In this document: piece by piece, positions 1 to 11,789 of the stretch
Layout of the letters: each line of letters begins with the position of its first letter
How positions within the stretch are numbered: the first letter of the stretch is position 1
Assembly: GCA_964016885.1 (NCBI GenBank)
Contig: OZ024758.1
Span: 32,240,001-32,304,000, forward strand
Origin: Eledone cirrhosa
Lineage: Eukaryota
DNA length: 64,000 nt
Direction of reading: 5' to 3'
Program-made: the position numbers and the translations under genes
The notes under the pieces: model-generated
Databases searched by the model: none
Seen by the model: only the letters and a program-made list of their open reading frames with translations
What the model was told of the DNA's origin: nothing

Positions 1-134
1 GTGCCACAGATCGTACTGTAGCAGCACACATCCATGGTAAACCAAGTAATGCACAAATACTAACCAGTACGCCAACTAGCATCATGTCCAAATGGTAACC
101 CGAACCTTTCCTCATTTTTTTGTCCATTATGGTT
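1..134 (-). CDS. SLC4 anion exchanger exon (TM9-10), runs off the window edge
   Basis: ttgcag|A TIMDKKMRKGSGYHLDMMLVGVLVSICALLGLPWMCAATVRSVAH. Conserved KGSG.HLD and GLPW..AATVRS..H. Phase 2 start matches the previous exon. Confidence 0.96.
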
Positions 135-359
135 CTGCAAATAAAAGATAAAACAAAAACAATTGATACCATGCGTTATTTCATTCTGCTTAGTTTTTTA
201 CATCAAAATAATTACAAGCATTCTTTAACCCTTTAGCATTTAAACCAGCCAGAATCCTCTCACCTCTCTCTCTTCAAACCAACCGTAACTGGTCACTCAT
301 ACCTACATTAAGGTATTGTTCTCAAAATAAATAACATAAAAATCTCATAGATTCAACCT

Positions 360-670
360 TATGTGAGGTAAAGCCTTTACTGTGAAAATACAATAGTATA
401 TATAGAGTAGTGTAAATGTTATGTGAGATATTATGTGAGGTAAAGCCTTTACTGTGAATATAGAGTAATGTAAATTCTATGTGGGATACTATGTGAGGTA
501 AAGCCTTTACTGTGAAAATACAATAATATATATAGAATAATGTAAATGTTATGTGAGGTAAAGCCTTTACTGTGAAAATACAATAATATATATAGAGTAG
601 TGTAAATGTTATGTGAGATATTATGTGAGGTAAAGCCTTTACTGTGAAAATACAATAGTATATATAGAGT
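360..670. repeat. minisatellite (60/72-bp units) inside the MITE, left part
   Basis: Repeats of atgtgaggtaaagcctttactgtgaaaatacaatagtatatatagagtartgtaaatgtt, with or without atgtgagatatt. Confidence 0.95.
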
Positions 671-907
671 GATTTCTTTATTTGCCACTAGGGCACAAAA
701 GGTAGGGACAGATACAAGGGGGGAAGTTTACATATAATTAACGAGTACAAAAATATAACAATGAAATAACAACAACAAACGAAGTCCTCAATAGAGAGGG
801 GGCATTAACATGGGTCGCACACACCCCGGAAAAAATGTGCAACCCTTCTCCTCAGGAGCTCAAAGAGTAGGTGCTTCCCTCGTCTCCTCTTTTTCCTCTT
901 CTTTCAC

Positions 908-3900
908 CTACAGGCTGATATAGAGAGAAGACCCATTCACTCTGGCCATTCTCCCTACTTTCACCCACCTTTCATAAAACTTGCTGGGGTAGAGCACCTC
1001 TCTCTCCATTCTGATCCTTCTTTTAAAATGGTATTTGAAAAAGGGGACCAGTTGTTGGCCGGAGAGAAAGGTGTCTGACCTCAGCCCTTTCAGCCTCATC
1101 CACCATACAACTTCTTTAGCCATGGCTATCACACAGAGAAAAACCGCCTCTCCTTCGTTTTTGAAAGGGGGAGGCGGTTTGATCGTGACAATGGACTCGG
1201 TGGTCAACCGGATTGGTCCCACCCTCGACAGTAGTCGTTCCACATAGCCCCACAGGTCAGCAATGCCTGGGCAGTGTACGAATGCGTGCGCAACGGTTTC
1301 GTCGTCATGCACGCATCTCGGACAGATCTTATTCAAAGGATCCCTACCCAGGCTCCCATGCCTGTGGAGCTTGTCTCGAACGGGTAGAGCCCCTCGGTAG
1401 CACTGCCAAGCCAGGGACTTTTGGAAGTTGTCCATCGGTCCAGGGCCAAACGTCCTACCGAACAGACTGGCCAGTTCATCTTCCTCCAAGCCTAGAGCTT
1501 CTCCGAGAGCATCGTCGCACCTGCTGCGTACCAACCCTCTATAGAATGTCGAGGTGGAGTCTCCACTGATTGCCGGGTCCGCTTTCCAGAAGGCCGTGAG
1601 CGCCTGGGCACATTCAATGTGCCAGTCGCCCACTTTTCTCGGTCTTTGCTTGACCCAGGATTGCAGCTCGGTGAGCGAGACGAATCTGGGAAAGGCTCGC
1701 TTCACAAACGGGGCCCACACCGGTTGACTGGTGAGGAATACCTGGAGGTGCCGTAGCCTTAATGCGTGTTTACGCATCTGTAGCCATGGCATCCCCAGCC
1801 CTCCTTTCGAAGGGTGTTGACAGCAGATGGATCTCCTCACCAAAGGGGTCCGCTTGTTCCAAAGAAATTGGAACAGCGCGCACTCCACTGGGCAAGGCAC
1901 GACGGTCAAGCGGTAGTAGATGACGGATGCTATATAAGTATTCGACACCTCCGCTCGACCTTTCAGGGATAGTTTGCACTGGGCCCACTTCTGGGTGAGT
2001 GCAAACACCCTGGCCGTTACCTCGTTCCAGTTTTTCTCCACCTGGAGGTCTGGTCCGAACTAGACCCCAAGCAGCTTCACCGGGCCCTCCGTCCAGCGTC
2101 CGACGACGTCGTTGGAGGGCATCGGTTTGCCTCTCCATGTTCCGAGTTGCAAACCGACGGACTTGTCCCGGTTCAGCTTGTCTCCTGTAAACCTTTCATA
2201 TTCCTCCAGTAAGGTGCCGATCTCACCGATTTGCGAGGTTTTCGACACCATTACTGTCACGTCATCGGCGTAGGCCGACGCCGCTTTCTGCAATCCCGGT
2301 TCCAAAGGGATGCCCTGCAACTGCTCCAACTTCCTCAGTAGTGGCTCAAGAGCCAGCACATACAGAAGGGAGGAGAGAGGGCATCCCTGTCGGATGGATC
2401 GCATGATTTGGAACGGCTCCGAGAGGTGGCCGTTCACCTTGACCGTTGAGCAGACGTTGCTGCTGTGCATCGCAGCAATCCAACCCCTGAAAACGGGTCC
2501 GAAGCCTGCCGCCGCGAGCACCGCATCCAGGTAACGATGGTCAACCCTATCGAAAGCTTTAGATTGATCCAAGTTGATCAGGGCCCCACCAAAGCCGGGT
2601 TCATTCCCTACCCTCTCTATGATGTATCGCATAAGGTGGAGATTGTCATGAATGGACCTGGACGGGATTGCGCATGTCTGCGCTTCTCCCACCAGGTTTC
2701 CGACGACAAGCGCCAACCTCTTCGCTAACACCTTGGCCAAAATCTTTAACTCTGTATTTAGCAGAGTTATGGGCCTGAAGTTACTTATGTCATCCCCCTT
2801 GTTCTCATCCTTCCTCACCAGCGTAACTACGCCCTTGGTCACAGAACTGGGAATTCTCCCATTCTGCTGCCAGTTGCAGTAGACCGCTTCGAGGATATCG
2901 GAGAACAAGTCTGGCATCGCTACATATAGCTCGTATGGTAGACCATCGAGACCCGGGGATTTGCGTTTGCCACATTGGCTCAGCGCCACCCCTATCTCAG
3001 CAGCTGAAATCGGCCTTTTGCAGGACTTCGCCTCCGCATCTGTGAGGCGCGGCAGACCGTCGAGGTATGGATTGAAATCCATAGTCTCACCCGGCGCGCC
3101 ACCCCTCTCGAACAGTCATGCAAAGTGCCGCTGAAAGGCCGCACACATCTGCCCAGGTTCAAGGATCACACGCCCATCCTGGTCCTTCAAAGACCGAATC
3201 GTGGACTTGTTCCCACTTTTTGCCTCTGTCACTCGGGCCCAGCTAACAGCTTTGGCTCCCTCATTACCCAGAGCACGTATTTTACTCCTGACAACGCAGC
3301 CTTCATGCTTCACCTCAAAGAACTGGTCTAAGGCCATTCTTGATGCCAGCACGCCGGCTACATTGCCACTCCTAATCGCCTCTTCTACTCTATCTACTAA
3401 TTCCCTTTCCGTCTTGTTCCTATCCCTTGCTAATTCCTGACTAAAACCTATCGATTCTATTCTAATTGCTCTCTTAAGAGAGCTCCACCACCTGTTGTTG
3501 ACAATTGCCCCTGTCAAACTCTGCTTAAATAACGTGCTAATCCGTTTACTGTAAGCTTTGCTTGTCGGTAAGGACAAGTTCAGCTTCCAGTAACCGGGTC
3601 CCTGTCTATGGGTTCTATCAAGGTTGGCTATGCAGGTCACTAACTTGTGATCCGAATAGTCAACCATGAACATTTTTGGACAGCTAAATGTGTCCCTATC
3701 CTTCTCTCTAACTAGGACCCTATCTAGGTACGACCTAGATGTTCCGCTGCGATTGGTCCACGTCCATAGTGGTACAGTCGGAAAATCTAGTCGATATCTA
3801 TCGGCCAGGTCAAATCGGCCGATTAACCTTTTGAGGCTTTTACACCCCCCTCTATTGGCACATGCCCCTACATAGTCCCAACGTGCATCCAGGATACCAT

Positions 3901-4327
3901 TCCAGTCCCCCACTAAAAGCAAGGAGCGGGACGTTCCCAGAAAAGTTTCCAGACGTTGGAAGTATTCCGGCCGCGCTGCCCAAAAAGGGGCGTACACAGC
4001 AATTAGTCTAAGGGCTTCACTTTCACTACTGCCGACGTCTAAAACCACCAGTCGACCTTCTGGGTCCAGGTGCACCTTCTGTATGGCGAGGCCCAGGTGT
4101 TTTCGCAGCAGAACGACAACTCCACCCCCACCCCCCGGTTGACAGAGAGATGCGAAGATCTCAAAGTCGTCAAAGAGGGGCGCCAGTTGGTGCTCGCTGC
4201 TGATCCTGGACTCGTAAATAGCCATTACATCCATTCTATGCGACCTGAGATCGTTTAAAAGTTTGCCTTGTTTCCAAGACAGTCCCAGGCCGCGTACATT
4301 CAGACACCCAACTCTTATATCAGCCAT
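908..4327 (-). pseudogene. LINE ORF2 (APE endonuclease, reverse transcriptase, zf-RVT), two in-frame stops
   Basis: ORFs 4327-3116, 3082-2060 and 2041-908 share one frame. Motifs: LNVRGL, GDWN, SDH; SPGLDG, FRPITLLN, KAFDRV, QGCPLS, YADD; CPRC..ETVAHAFVHC. Confidence 0.95.
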
Positions 4328-4348
4328 GTTGGTTAAAAGAGGAAGGAC

Positions 4349-5948
4349 CTACCTGTTCGGCTCCTGAGGAGCAGGTTGCACAATATCCATGGGCGTATTG
4401 GAGGGGTTGTTTGGTGGGGTGTTGTTCTGTGGTGGGGTGGGGGTATTTGGTGAGGTGTGGGTGGGGAAACGTTTCAAGAGGACGCGGTTATAGGGTCGAG
4501 TACATGTTTTCCCCACGTCCTCAGGAAAGTTCTCTCTTAGTTTTGCATAGGTGTCCATTGGGAGTCTTATCATTTTTAAATGCGGTTTGTTGGCCGCGCT
4601 TGCAAAGAATTGCCCTTCAGTTTCCACCGTAGGGTCTTTGTGTATTGTTTTTACTAGTTCTTTGTTATTTGTGTTAATGTATGTATACTGTTTTATTTGT
4701 GTTGTGTTTGTTTGTTGTTCTTGTGTGTGCTTGTGTTTTGTTGTATGTGTTATGTTTTGGGTTTGTGTTGTGTTTGTTTGTTGTTCTTGTGTGTGCTTGT
4801 GTTTTGTTGTATGTGTTATGTTTTGGGGTGGGGCGGATTTTGTTTGTTCTGTTTGTTTTGTTTTTGTTGGTGGTTGTGTGTTTGTTTCGTTTATGTTCGA
4901 GTGGTGCTTTTTTTTTTTCCTATTTACAGGTTGGAAGGGTCCCCCCTCTTCGTCACTAGGTGCCGTTTCAGCTGGGTCCTCGTCCGTGCTGTCGGGTAGT
5001 GGTGTATTTTGGGGTTTTGTTGTGTTTGTGTGTGTTTTTGGAGTTGTTTTGGGTGGGGCCGTGTCTTGTGTTATTTTTCCGTGTTGTTTTTGTTGTTGTT
5101 GTGGTGGTGGTGGTGGTGGCGGTGCTGGTGTGTGGGGTGTAGGCAAAAGAGCCTTTTTTTTGTCAATTGAGGACAGGCAGCCCTTAGATGACCCCTGCTT
5201 GAACAGTAGTAACATATGGGCCTCCTACCCTCGGCTGAAATGTATATAAATGTTTCTCCATCGAGGGACACCCTCTGTGGTATTCTAGCTATTCGCTCTG
5301 GTCTCATTTGGACCAGAATCTCCACGCTCAAACCGCCGAAAACGTCTGTGGTGACTTCTCCTACTGAGAGGATTCCGTCCTCGTCTTCTAAAAATCCTGT
5401 CAGTACCCAGGAAATGCATGCATTTGGCCGGATTCCGGAGACTCTTATTTTCTGCGTTCTTTTCCCCAAATATGTGGTGAAAATGTGTGTAGCTTGGAAA
5501 CAATTGGCGCCACAGAGTATTTCCTGGCCGTCAACTGATCCTTCATTAGCACCGTTATATTCCCATAGAGTGGCCCTTTTTTTATGAACGATATATCACT
5601 CCACACATTTTTAAGGACCAGCTCCATCTCTTTTTGGGATAATTTAGCTGGTTTCCTTGTTATGTTGGAAATTGTTCTGAAAGATATCGTTCTTAGTGTC
5701 GTGTCTCTTTTGATTTCTTGTGGGGAGGTGATTGTGAAGTCTCCTCCTTCTTTGAAAGTTACATACTGTTTTGCTTCCTTCATCTTTTCTCTCAGAGTTG
5801 TAATGTCCAGTTGTTTGCAGGTCTGTGTTTTCCGGTGGTTAGTGTTGTGACTATTGCTGTTATTGTCATTGTTGTTTTTGTCTGCGTTTATGTGACTTTC
5901 TGGGTTTTCACCCATTTTTACAAATTTTTCTTTTAATTCCATGTTCAT
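4349..5948 (-). pseudogene. LINE ORF1 (gag-like, zinc knuckle), two frameshifts
   Basis: Three overlapping frames (5948-5445, 5469-5071, 5215-4349). CYYCSSRGHLRAAC knuckle followed by a P/T/Q/K-rich low-complexity region with a 57-bp internal duplication. Confidence 0.85.
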
Positions 5949-6262
5949 GTTTCTTTTGCAGAAGTGAGGAGGGAAGACTTAGAGCCTTGTGCTTCTAGCT
6001 TCTCTGTATCACCTTTCTTAGGGGGCGTGGCTTTCTCGTTAGGATGAGATGTGAAAATTACGTCCATTTCTATCAGTTTTAACTGGAAAATTCGCCCCAA
6101 AAAGGGGCGAAAATAAATAAACTCAAAGTTTGACGACCAAGGCAAGGGGTTAACGTATATTACAGTATAAAAAAATTAATCAAAACTCACTTTTGAGTAA
6201 GTAAATCCAACTCGGTAGCCAAGCTTGTTCACACACGTCAACACACGTCTCTCGTATACGAG

Positions 6263-6540
6263 ATGTTATGTGAGATATTATGTGAGGTAAAGTCTTTACT
6301 GTGACAATACAATAGTATATATAGAGTAATGTAAATGTTATGTGAGATATTATGTGAGATAAAGCCTTTACTGTGAAAATACAATAGTATATATAGAGTA
6401 ATGTAAATGTTATGTGAGGTAAAGCCTTTACTGTGAAAATACAATAGTATATATAGAGTAATGTAAATGTTATGTGGGATATTATGTGAGGTAAAGCCTT
6501 TACTGTGAAAATACAATAGTATATATAGAGTAATGTAAAT
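6263..6540. repeat. same minisatellite, right part
   Basis: About 4 more units. The array resumes directly after the LINE 5' end. Confidence 0.95.
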
Positions 6541-6638
6541 GCTAAAGGGTTAACCTTTTTGTGGCTGTATTTCTAATGAAATACACTATTTCAATTAAGA
6601 TGAAGAATTTTGAAGGATTTACTAAAATTATCAATTAT

Positions 6639-6842
6639 GAAGGTGGTCTGAAAAGTTCATAGGCTGGCTATGAAGGAGTGATGTTAGGGCTGTGAAATCT
6701 TGTGTGCATTAATTTCAAATCTTTTTATTAATAATTGCATTGTTTCGTTCCAGAGACCTTTTGAAAAATAACCCTATTTTGGTAATTTACTCATTCCATG
6801 AGAGTATCTTGGTCAACCTATGGACTTTTTAGCTGACCTTCA
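6639..6842 (+). mobile_element. Tc1/mariner-type MITE (TA TSD)
   Basis: Imperfect TIRs tgaaggtggtctgaaaagttcataggctg ... caacctatggactttttagctgaccttca, flanked by TA. Homologous copies at 13545, 29473 and 31993. Confidence 0.8.
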
Positions 6843-7312
6843 TATGTTATTAATAAGAGAGTAACTTAACATATTCTTATATAAACATTTATGCTGGGAG
6901 ATTTTATATACAATTATACACATACACACACATATATATACTTGAAGATGGTCATCTGAACTGGCAACTGCCGGCTCTGGCCGCCTTCAGGTCTTAAATA
7001 TTTCTCTCTACTTTTCATAGTAAAAATAAGGATTAAAAAAAAAAAAAACTATAGAAAGAGGAAGAAAAGTTATTTTTTTTGTTGTTATCATTATTTTCAC
7101 TATTTATACAAATATGCAACTTAACAATATTCTGCATATCTGCAATACACTGCATTTAATGCTGAAACCGGTATTGTAAATAAATTAATGTTTTGATATC
7201 TCACTAAAATCTCTTCAACTCTTCGACATTTTCTACTGAAAAAATCTTTTTCATTTCTGCTATTTGTTTTTATATATATCAACTCATGTGTTACCTTTCT
7301 ACATTTGATATT

Positions 7313-7380
<68 letters not shown>

Positions 7381-7383
<3 letters not shown>

Positions 7384-8378
7384 TCATCACCGTTTTATGT
7401 CCATTCTTCCATGCTAGCATGGGTTAGACAGGTTGTCCTGTTGTGGGCAGTGCCCGGTCGGCTGACCTTGTCTTGCTCATACGAGAACTGATTTTGGCTT
7501 GATTTCTACAGCTGGATGCCCTTCCTAACACCAACCTAATTTACAGTGAGTGCTGGGTGATTCTTTTCTGTGGCACCTACACGTCCACTTTACAGTGGGA
7601 GGGTGTGGGGGCATATTGTCTATATGCTTCAGAGATGCCCAGAGATTGGTGGTACTTGTTTGCTGCTTGCTGTCTCAGCACAGCTGCTACATGTGAAGCT
7701 TGTACCCGTAGGTGGTCGGGCCTTCTGTATTACTGCATGATGCCAGAGGTCACGGTCGTGTGTCATCACCTTTGAGAGGTGTAATTGGGTAAGATTGGCT
7801 TTTATCACCTCATCCCAGGTCTTCTTGGGTCTCCCCACTCCGCGGTTTCCATTGACTTCTAGTGCTCTGCACCTTTTTATGCAGCTGTCATCCTTCATAC
7901 ACATCACATGTCCATACCAATGCAACCGCCTCTCCTGCACACAGCAATTGATTCCTCTTATGCTCAGTCTTTCTCTCAATTCATTTATGCTTTGCCGTTC
8001 GCATATATTACTATTACACAACCATCGGAGCATGCAGGCTTTCTTGTCTTTCTAATCTACGTAAGTCTTCCACCTTCAGCGCCCAGGTCTCACTACCATG
8101 TAACATTGCTGTTCGGATACACACATCATACAGTCTGCCTTTCATTTTGAAGGAAAAGCCTTTTGTAGCTAGCAGTGGCAGTAGCTCCTGAACTTCTTCC
8201 ATCCCGTTCTTACCCTAGTTATTATACTTTCCAAACACCCACCTCCGCTGCTAATTCGGTCACCTAGGTAGCAGAAGCTGTCTACTGTTTCTACCGAATC
8301 CTCCCAGAGATTGGTGGTACTTGTTTGCTGTGGCTGTTTGCTGCTTGCTGTCCCAGCACAGCTGCTACATGTGAAGCC
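7381..8378 (-). mobile_element. RTE LINE family B, 3' fragment
   Basis: FCYLG, MLHGSETW, RRLHWYGHV, GRPKKTW and a (GAT)n tail next to (TA)n. Homologous to 46913-49627. Confidence 0.9.
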
Positions 8379-8404
8379 TACATTCTACATATATATATAA
8401 TTTG

Positions 8405-8575
8405 CATAGTTCTTTGCCAGCGAACGTTTCCACGAACCAAAGTATCGTCTTCCTGTCTTCCTCCGGTTGCAACGTTTTTTGAAATATCCACTTCTGCGTT
8501 TACAGATTGACTTTGTTAGTTTCAGAAGATCCCGTTAAGGGTGAAAGCAGCGATTCTTTGCTTAAACTTTAATCT
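8405..8575 (-). mobile_element. fragment homologous to the Helitron internal sequence at about 45375-45540
   Basis: Reverse complement aligns by eye (aagtttaagcaaagaatcgctgctttca...aacgggatcttc...acgttgcaa...ttggttcgtg). Confidence 0.75.
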
Positions 8576-8645
8576 GTTATTTTAATAAATATATATATAA
8601 TTATACGATATTAATAAATGGAAACTATATTTATAAAACCATATT

Positions 8646-8710
8646 TATTTCATTATATATATTTCAAGGATACCAAGTTACATTATGGTATGCCTTCATC
8701 AGACAAAATA
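8646..8710 (-). ncRNA. mirror copy of the hammerhead motif (sense in the SLC4 pre-mRNA)
   Basis: Exact reverse complement of 8861-8925. Confidence 0.7.
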
Positions 8711-8860
8711 CAATATATAACAGTTTTATAAATAGACATTGACGAACCCCTTTTAAAAATTGACCGTTGTTTTTGGAGGCCATCCTGATGACCTCCAAAA
8801 ACAACGGTCAATTTTTAAAAGGGGTACGTCAATGTCTATTTATAAAACTGTTATATATTG

Positions 8861-8925
8861 TATTTTGTCTGATGAAGGCATACCATAATGTAACTTGGTA
8901 TCCTTGAAATATATATAATGAAATA
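8861..8925 (+). ncRNA. minimal type I hammerhead ribozyme motif
   Basis: TATTTTGT-CTGATGA-AGGcATACCA(loop)TGGTATcCTT-GAAA-TATATA-TA^ATGAAATA. Stem I is 8 bp with two G-U pairs, the core boxes are intact, and stem III is palindromic. Confidence 0.7.
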
Positions 8926-9075
8926 AATATGGTTTTATAAATATAGTTTCCATTTATTAATATCGTATATCTACTCCAAATATTTGTCGAGTGCTTTATA
9001 TCAGTTATAAAAATATTTGCTTGTTGTATCCCAACAATTTAAATAAAACTTTTGCATATATAATTATATATATGT

Positions 9076-9403
9076 TCTGGAGAGGTGCAATTATAGGGGC
9101 ATAATATTGATGGATCAGGTTATGAAAGTGGCAGAAAGAATATTAGTTCAACTAATTAGAGAAAAGGTCAAATTTGATGAGATGCAGTTTGGTTTTGTGC
9201 CCTCTTCTTAGTGAGACAACTACAAGAGAGGTTCTTAGAGAAGGCCTTTAATAGGGTACCCCGATCTGTCATCTGGAAGAAACTAGGTGTAGAGGAATGG
9301 CTTGTGAGGACAGTGCAAGCTATATACAGGGGTGCTGGCAGTAAAGTGAGAGTAGGAATGGAGTTTAGTGAGGAATTCCAGATACAAGTAGGAGTACATC
9401 AGG
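9076..9403 (+). mobile_element. RTE LINE family A, deleted RT fragment
   Basis: NYRGI.LMDQVMKV, QFGF, KAFNRVPR and VGVHQG, with internal deletions. Confidence 0.85.
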
Positions 9404-9751
9404 GTTTGTTCCTGATGTACTCTGACACACACATGTACATATATATGTATCCACATGTGCCATTTATAACGTTTTATTCTTTTATTATTATAACTGCATA
9501 CTATTTATTTCATTTTATTTTATGATTATTGCTTCTATGTATATGTGCCACACGAGGGGAAAGATGTAGGATGTGACATTATACCACTTTTATTTCATTT
9601 TTAAAATATTTACTGTCTTCACCTTTATATTCACGGAGACAGTTGTGTATATATGTATGTGTGTATATATATATACACACATGTATGTCTGTATATGCAT
9701 GTATGTAAATATGTATATGTGTGTGTATATGTGTGTGTATATGTGGGTGAA

Positions 9752-9975
9752 GGCACATGGCTTAGTGGTTAGAGAATTGGCCTTGCAATCGAAAGGTTGT
9801 GAGTTCAATTCTCAGACCGGGTGATGTGTTGTTTCCTTGAGCAAGACACTTTATTTCACATTGCTCCAGTTTACTCAGCAGTAGAAATGAGATGGTAGGG
9901 ACTGGGGTCCCTATCATTCCACTGCAGACAGCCGCTGCACCGAGGATAGAATGATGATGATGATGATGATGATGA
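9752..9975 (+). mobile_element. tRNA-derived SINE (type 2)
   Basis: A box tggcttagtggtt, B box gagttcaattc, core ccttgagcaagacactttatttcacattgctccag, and a (GAT)n tail. Confidence 0.85.
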
Positions 9976-10307
9976 TGGGATAATTGAACAGGCCTAAAAT
10001 AACATGCTGCTAATATGTGCTGTAGATAATAGCTGAAGATTTGAACACACAGAATTAGAGACAAACTCATATACTAAACATATCTGACGATTACAGAGTC
10101 AGGTTCGATCTATAATAGATCTTGCTTCGAGCTGATCGATAGAGAAACATATGTAATATGTTATTAAATATGTTATGATGCAACACTGAATCTTTGTTCC
10201 TTATCCTTATAGTATATATATATATATAACAAAGAGGATGTGGTAAGATACCAGATGGACCATAACGCACCAGAGTACTTGAGACTTTGGGTGGTAGTGT
10301 TGGTAAC

Positions 10308-10419
10308 AGGAAAAGAGTCAGGACGCTGACAGCTGAGCTCCGGCCGTTTTGAGAGCTAGATATGGATCTAGCTCTCAAAACGGCCGAAGCTCGGCCGTCG
10401 GTGCCCTGACTATTTTCCT
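10308..10419. repeat. GC-rich foldback hairpin (~54-bp arms, 4-nt loop)
   Basis: aggaaaagagtcagg...gagagctagat-atgg-atctagctctc...cctgactattttcct. Confidence 0.9.
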
Positions 10420-10430
10420 ATATATAAATA

Positions 10431-11488
10431 TATTCCATTCTATGTCCCAAATGCAAAGTATGGGTACATAAAAGATGTAGTGGGATCACAGGTAAGCTAT
10501 CTAAGAATGTAGATTTTATATGTGGCCGATGATCAGGGGCAGTAAGTAGCAAGGACCCACTGGGTGCTAATTCCTTCAACTGCCCAGATGGTTCTATAGA
10601 AATAGCAGACACTTTCCGTTACCTGGGTGACAACATCAGCAGTGGAGGAGGGTGCTCTGAAAGTACAGTAGCCAGAGTCAGAACGGGATGGAATAAGTTC
10701 AGAGAGCTAATACTGCTGTTGGCCACAAGGCAGATTGTACGATGCTTGTATATGAACAGCAATATTACATGGTAGTGAGACCTGGGTGTTGTGTGCTGAA
10801 GACTTGCTTAGATTAGAAAGAAATGAAGCTTGCATGCTCCAATGGATGTGTAATAGTAACGTGCGCGAATGGCGAAGCATAAATGAACTAAGAGGGAGAC
10901 TAAGCATAAGAGGTATCAAATGTTGTGTTCTGGAGAGGAGATTGTGTTGGTATGGGCATGTGATGCATATGAAGGACGACAGCTGTATAAAAAAGTGCAG
11001 GGCAATGAAAATTGATGGAAGCTGCGGAGTGGGTAGACCAAGAAAAACCTGGGACGAGGTGATAAAATCTGACCTTGCCCACTTACACCTCTCTAAGACA
11101 ATGACACTGGATCAAGACCTTTGGCGTCATGCAGTTGTACAGAAGACCCAACTGCCATTACATACAAACCTACAGTCAGTAGGCACCTCTTAACCCAATG
11201 TACACCCCACCGCACACACCCTGCCCCATCCTCCCATTATTATTCTGTCTGCTGTGTCGATAACACAACAGTACACTGTAAGGTGGCCATGTAGGAGACA
11301 CGGTAAAAAGGCTCCCAGTCCACACTGCAAATGTGGTTCATGTTAGGAAGGGCATCCAGCTGTAAAAAACCTGCCATATGAACGAGACACGGTCTCCCGA
11401 CCATTCCCGCATCAAATGGAACAAAACCGTCTAACCCATGTTAGTGTTGAAGATGGACGTTGAACGATGATGATGATGATGATGATGA
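10431..11488 (+). mobile_element. RTE LINE family C-like, 3' fragment
   Basis: CPKCKVWVHKRC, FRYLG, GSETW, WYGHV, GRPRKTW, then 3'UTR and (GAT)n tail. Confidence 0.9.
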
Positions 11489-11568
11489 TTTTAATTTAAA
11501 TGGGATGATTTTGTTTCATAGAACTAGAGCTGGTTTTTGCTGGATTGGTATTAAAAGAGCTAATTTAA

Positions 11569-11789
11569 CTCTTTAGCATTTAAACTGGCCGTATCCGGAC
11601 AGAATTCTCTCACCTCTTTCTGCTCAAACCAGCTGTAACATGCTGCTCATACTGATGTTAAGGTATTGTTCTTAAAATAAATAATATCAAAATCTCCTAG
11701 ATTCGATACTATGTTAGATAATTATGTGAGGTAGTGCCTTTACTGCGAAAATATAATAGTAAATATATAGTAATATAAATGCTAAAGGG
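11569..11789 (+). mobile_element. TTAA MITE family 1, unexpanded copy
   Basis: TTAA|CTCTTTAGCATTTA ... TAAATGCTAAAGGG|TTAA, 221 bp. Confidence 0.9.

Larger units (their letters stand above)
671..6262 (-). mobile_element. L1/Tx1-clade non-LTR retrotransposon, apparently full length, disabled
   Basis: 5'UTR, ORF1 with CCHC knuckle, ORF2 with APE, RT and zf-RVT, and a 3'UTR ending ...gtggcAATAAAgaaatc. About 5.6 kb and GC-richer than the flanks. Confidence 0.93.
229..6549 (+). mobile_element. TTAA-flanked (piggyBac-type) MITE family 1, expanded copy with internal minisatellite and nested LINE
   Basis: TTAA|CCCTTTAGCATTTA (229) ... TAAATGCTAAAGGG|TTAA (6549): 14-bp TIRs and TTAA TSD. Body matches the 200-220 bp copies elsewhere in the window. 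Confidence 0.9.
8602..9056 (+). mobile_element. Penelope-like pLTR or retrozyme-like element with a 183-bp inverted duplication
   Basis: Arms 8602-8784 and 8787-8969 are reverse complements with 2 mismatches. Contains a hammerhead motif and is flanked by TA-rich tracts. The family assignment is inferred. Confidence 0.65.

Noticed and set aside
449-688. Repetitive ORFs (YFHSKGFTSHNI...), also 6238-6516, 18134-18394, 22744-23195 and 28292-28693
   Set aside because: Translations of tandem repeats whose unit lengths are multiples of 3. No coding evidence.
4411-5249. Cys/Val/Phe-rich plus-strand ORFs up to 232 aa
   Set aside because: Antisense shadows of the A/C-rich low-complexity part of LINE ORF1.
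9752-9830. tRNA-like sequences with A and B boxes
   Set aside because: No complete cloverleaf, and each continues into a SINE core and tail. These are SINE heads, not tRNA genes.
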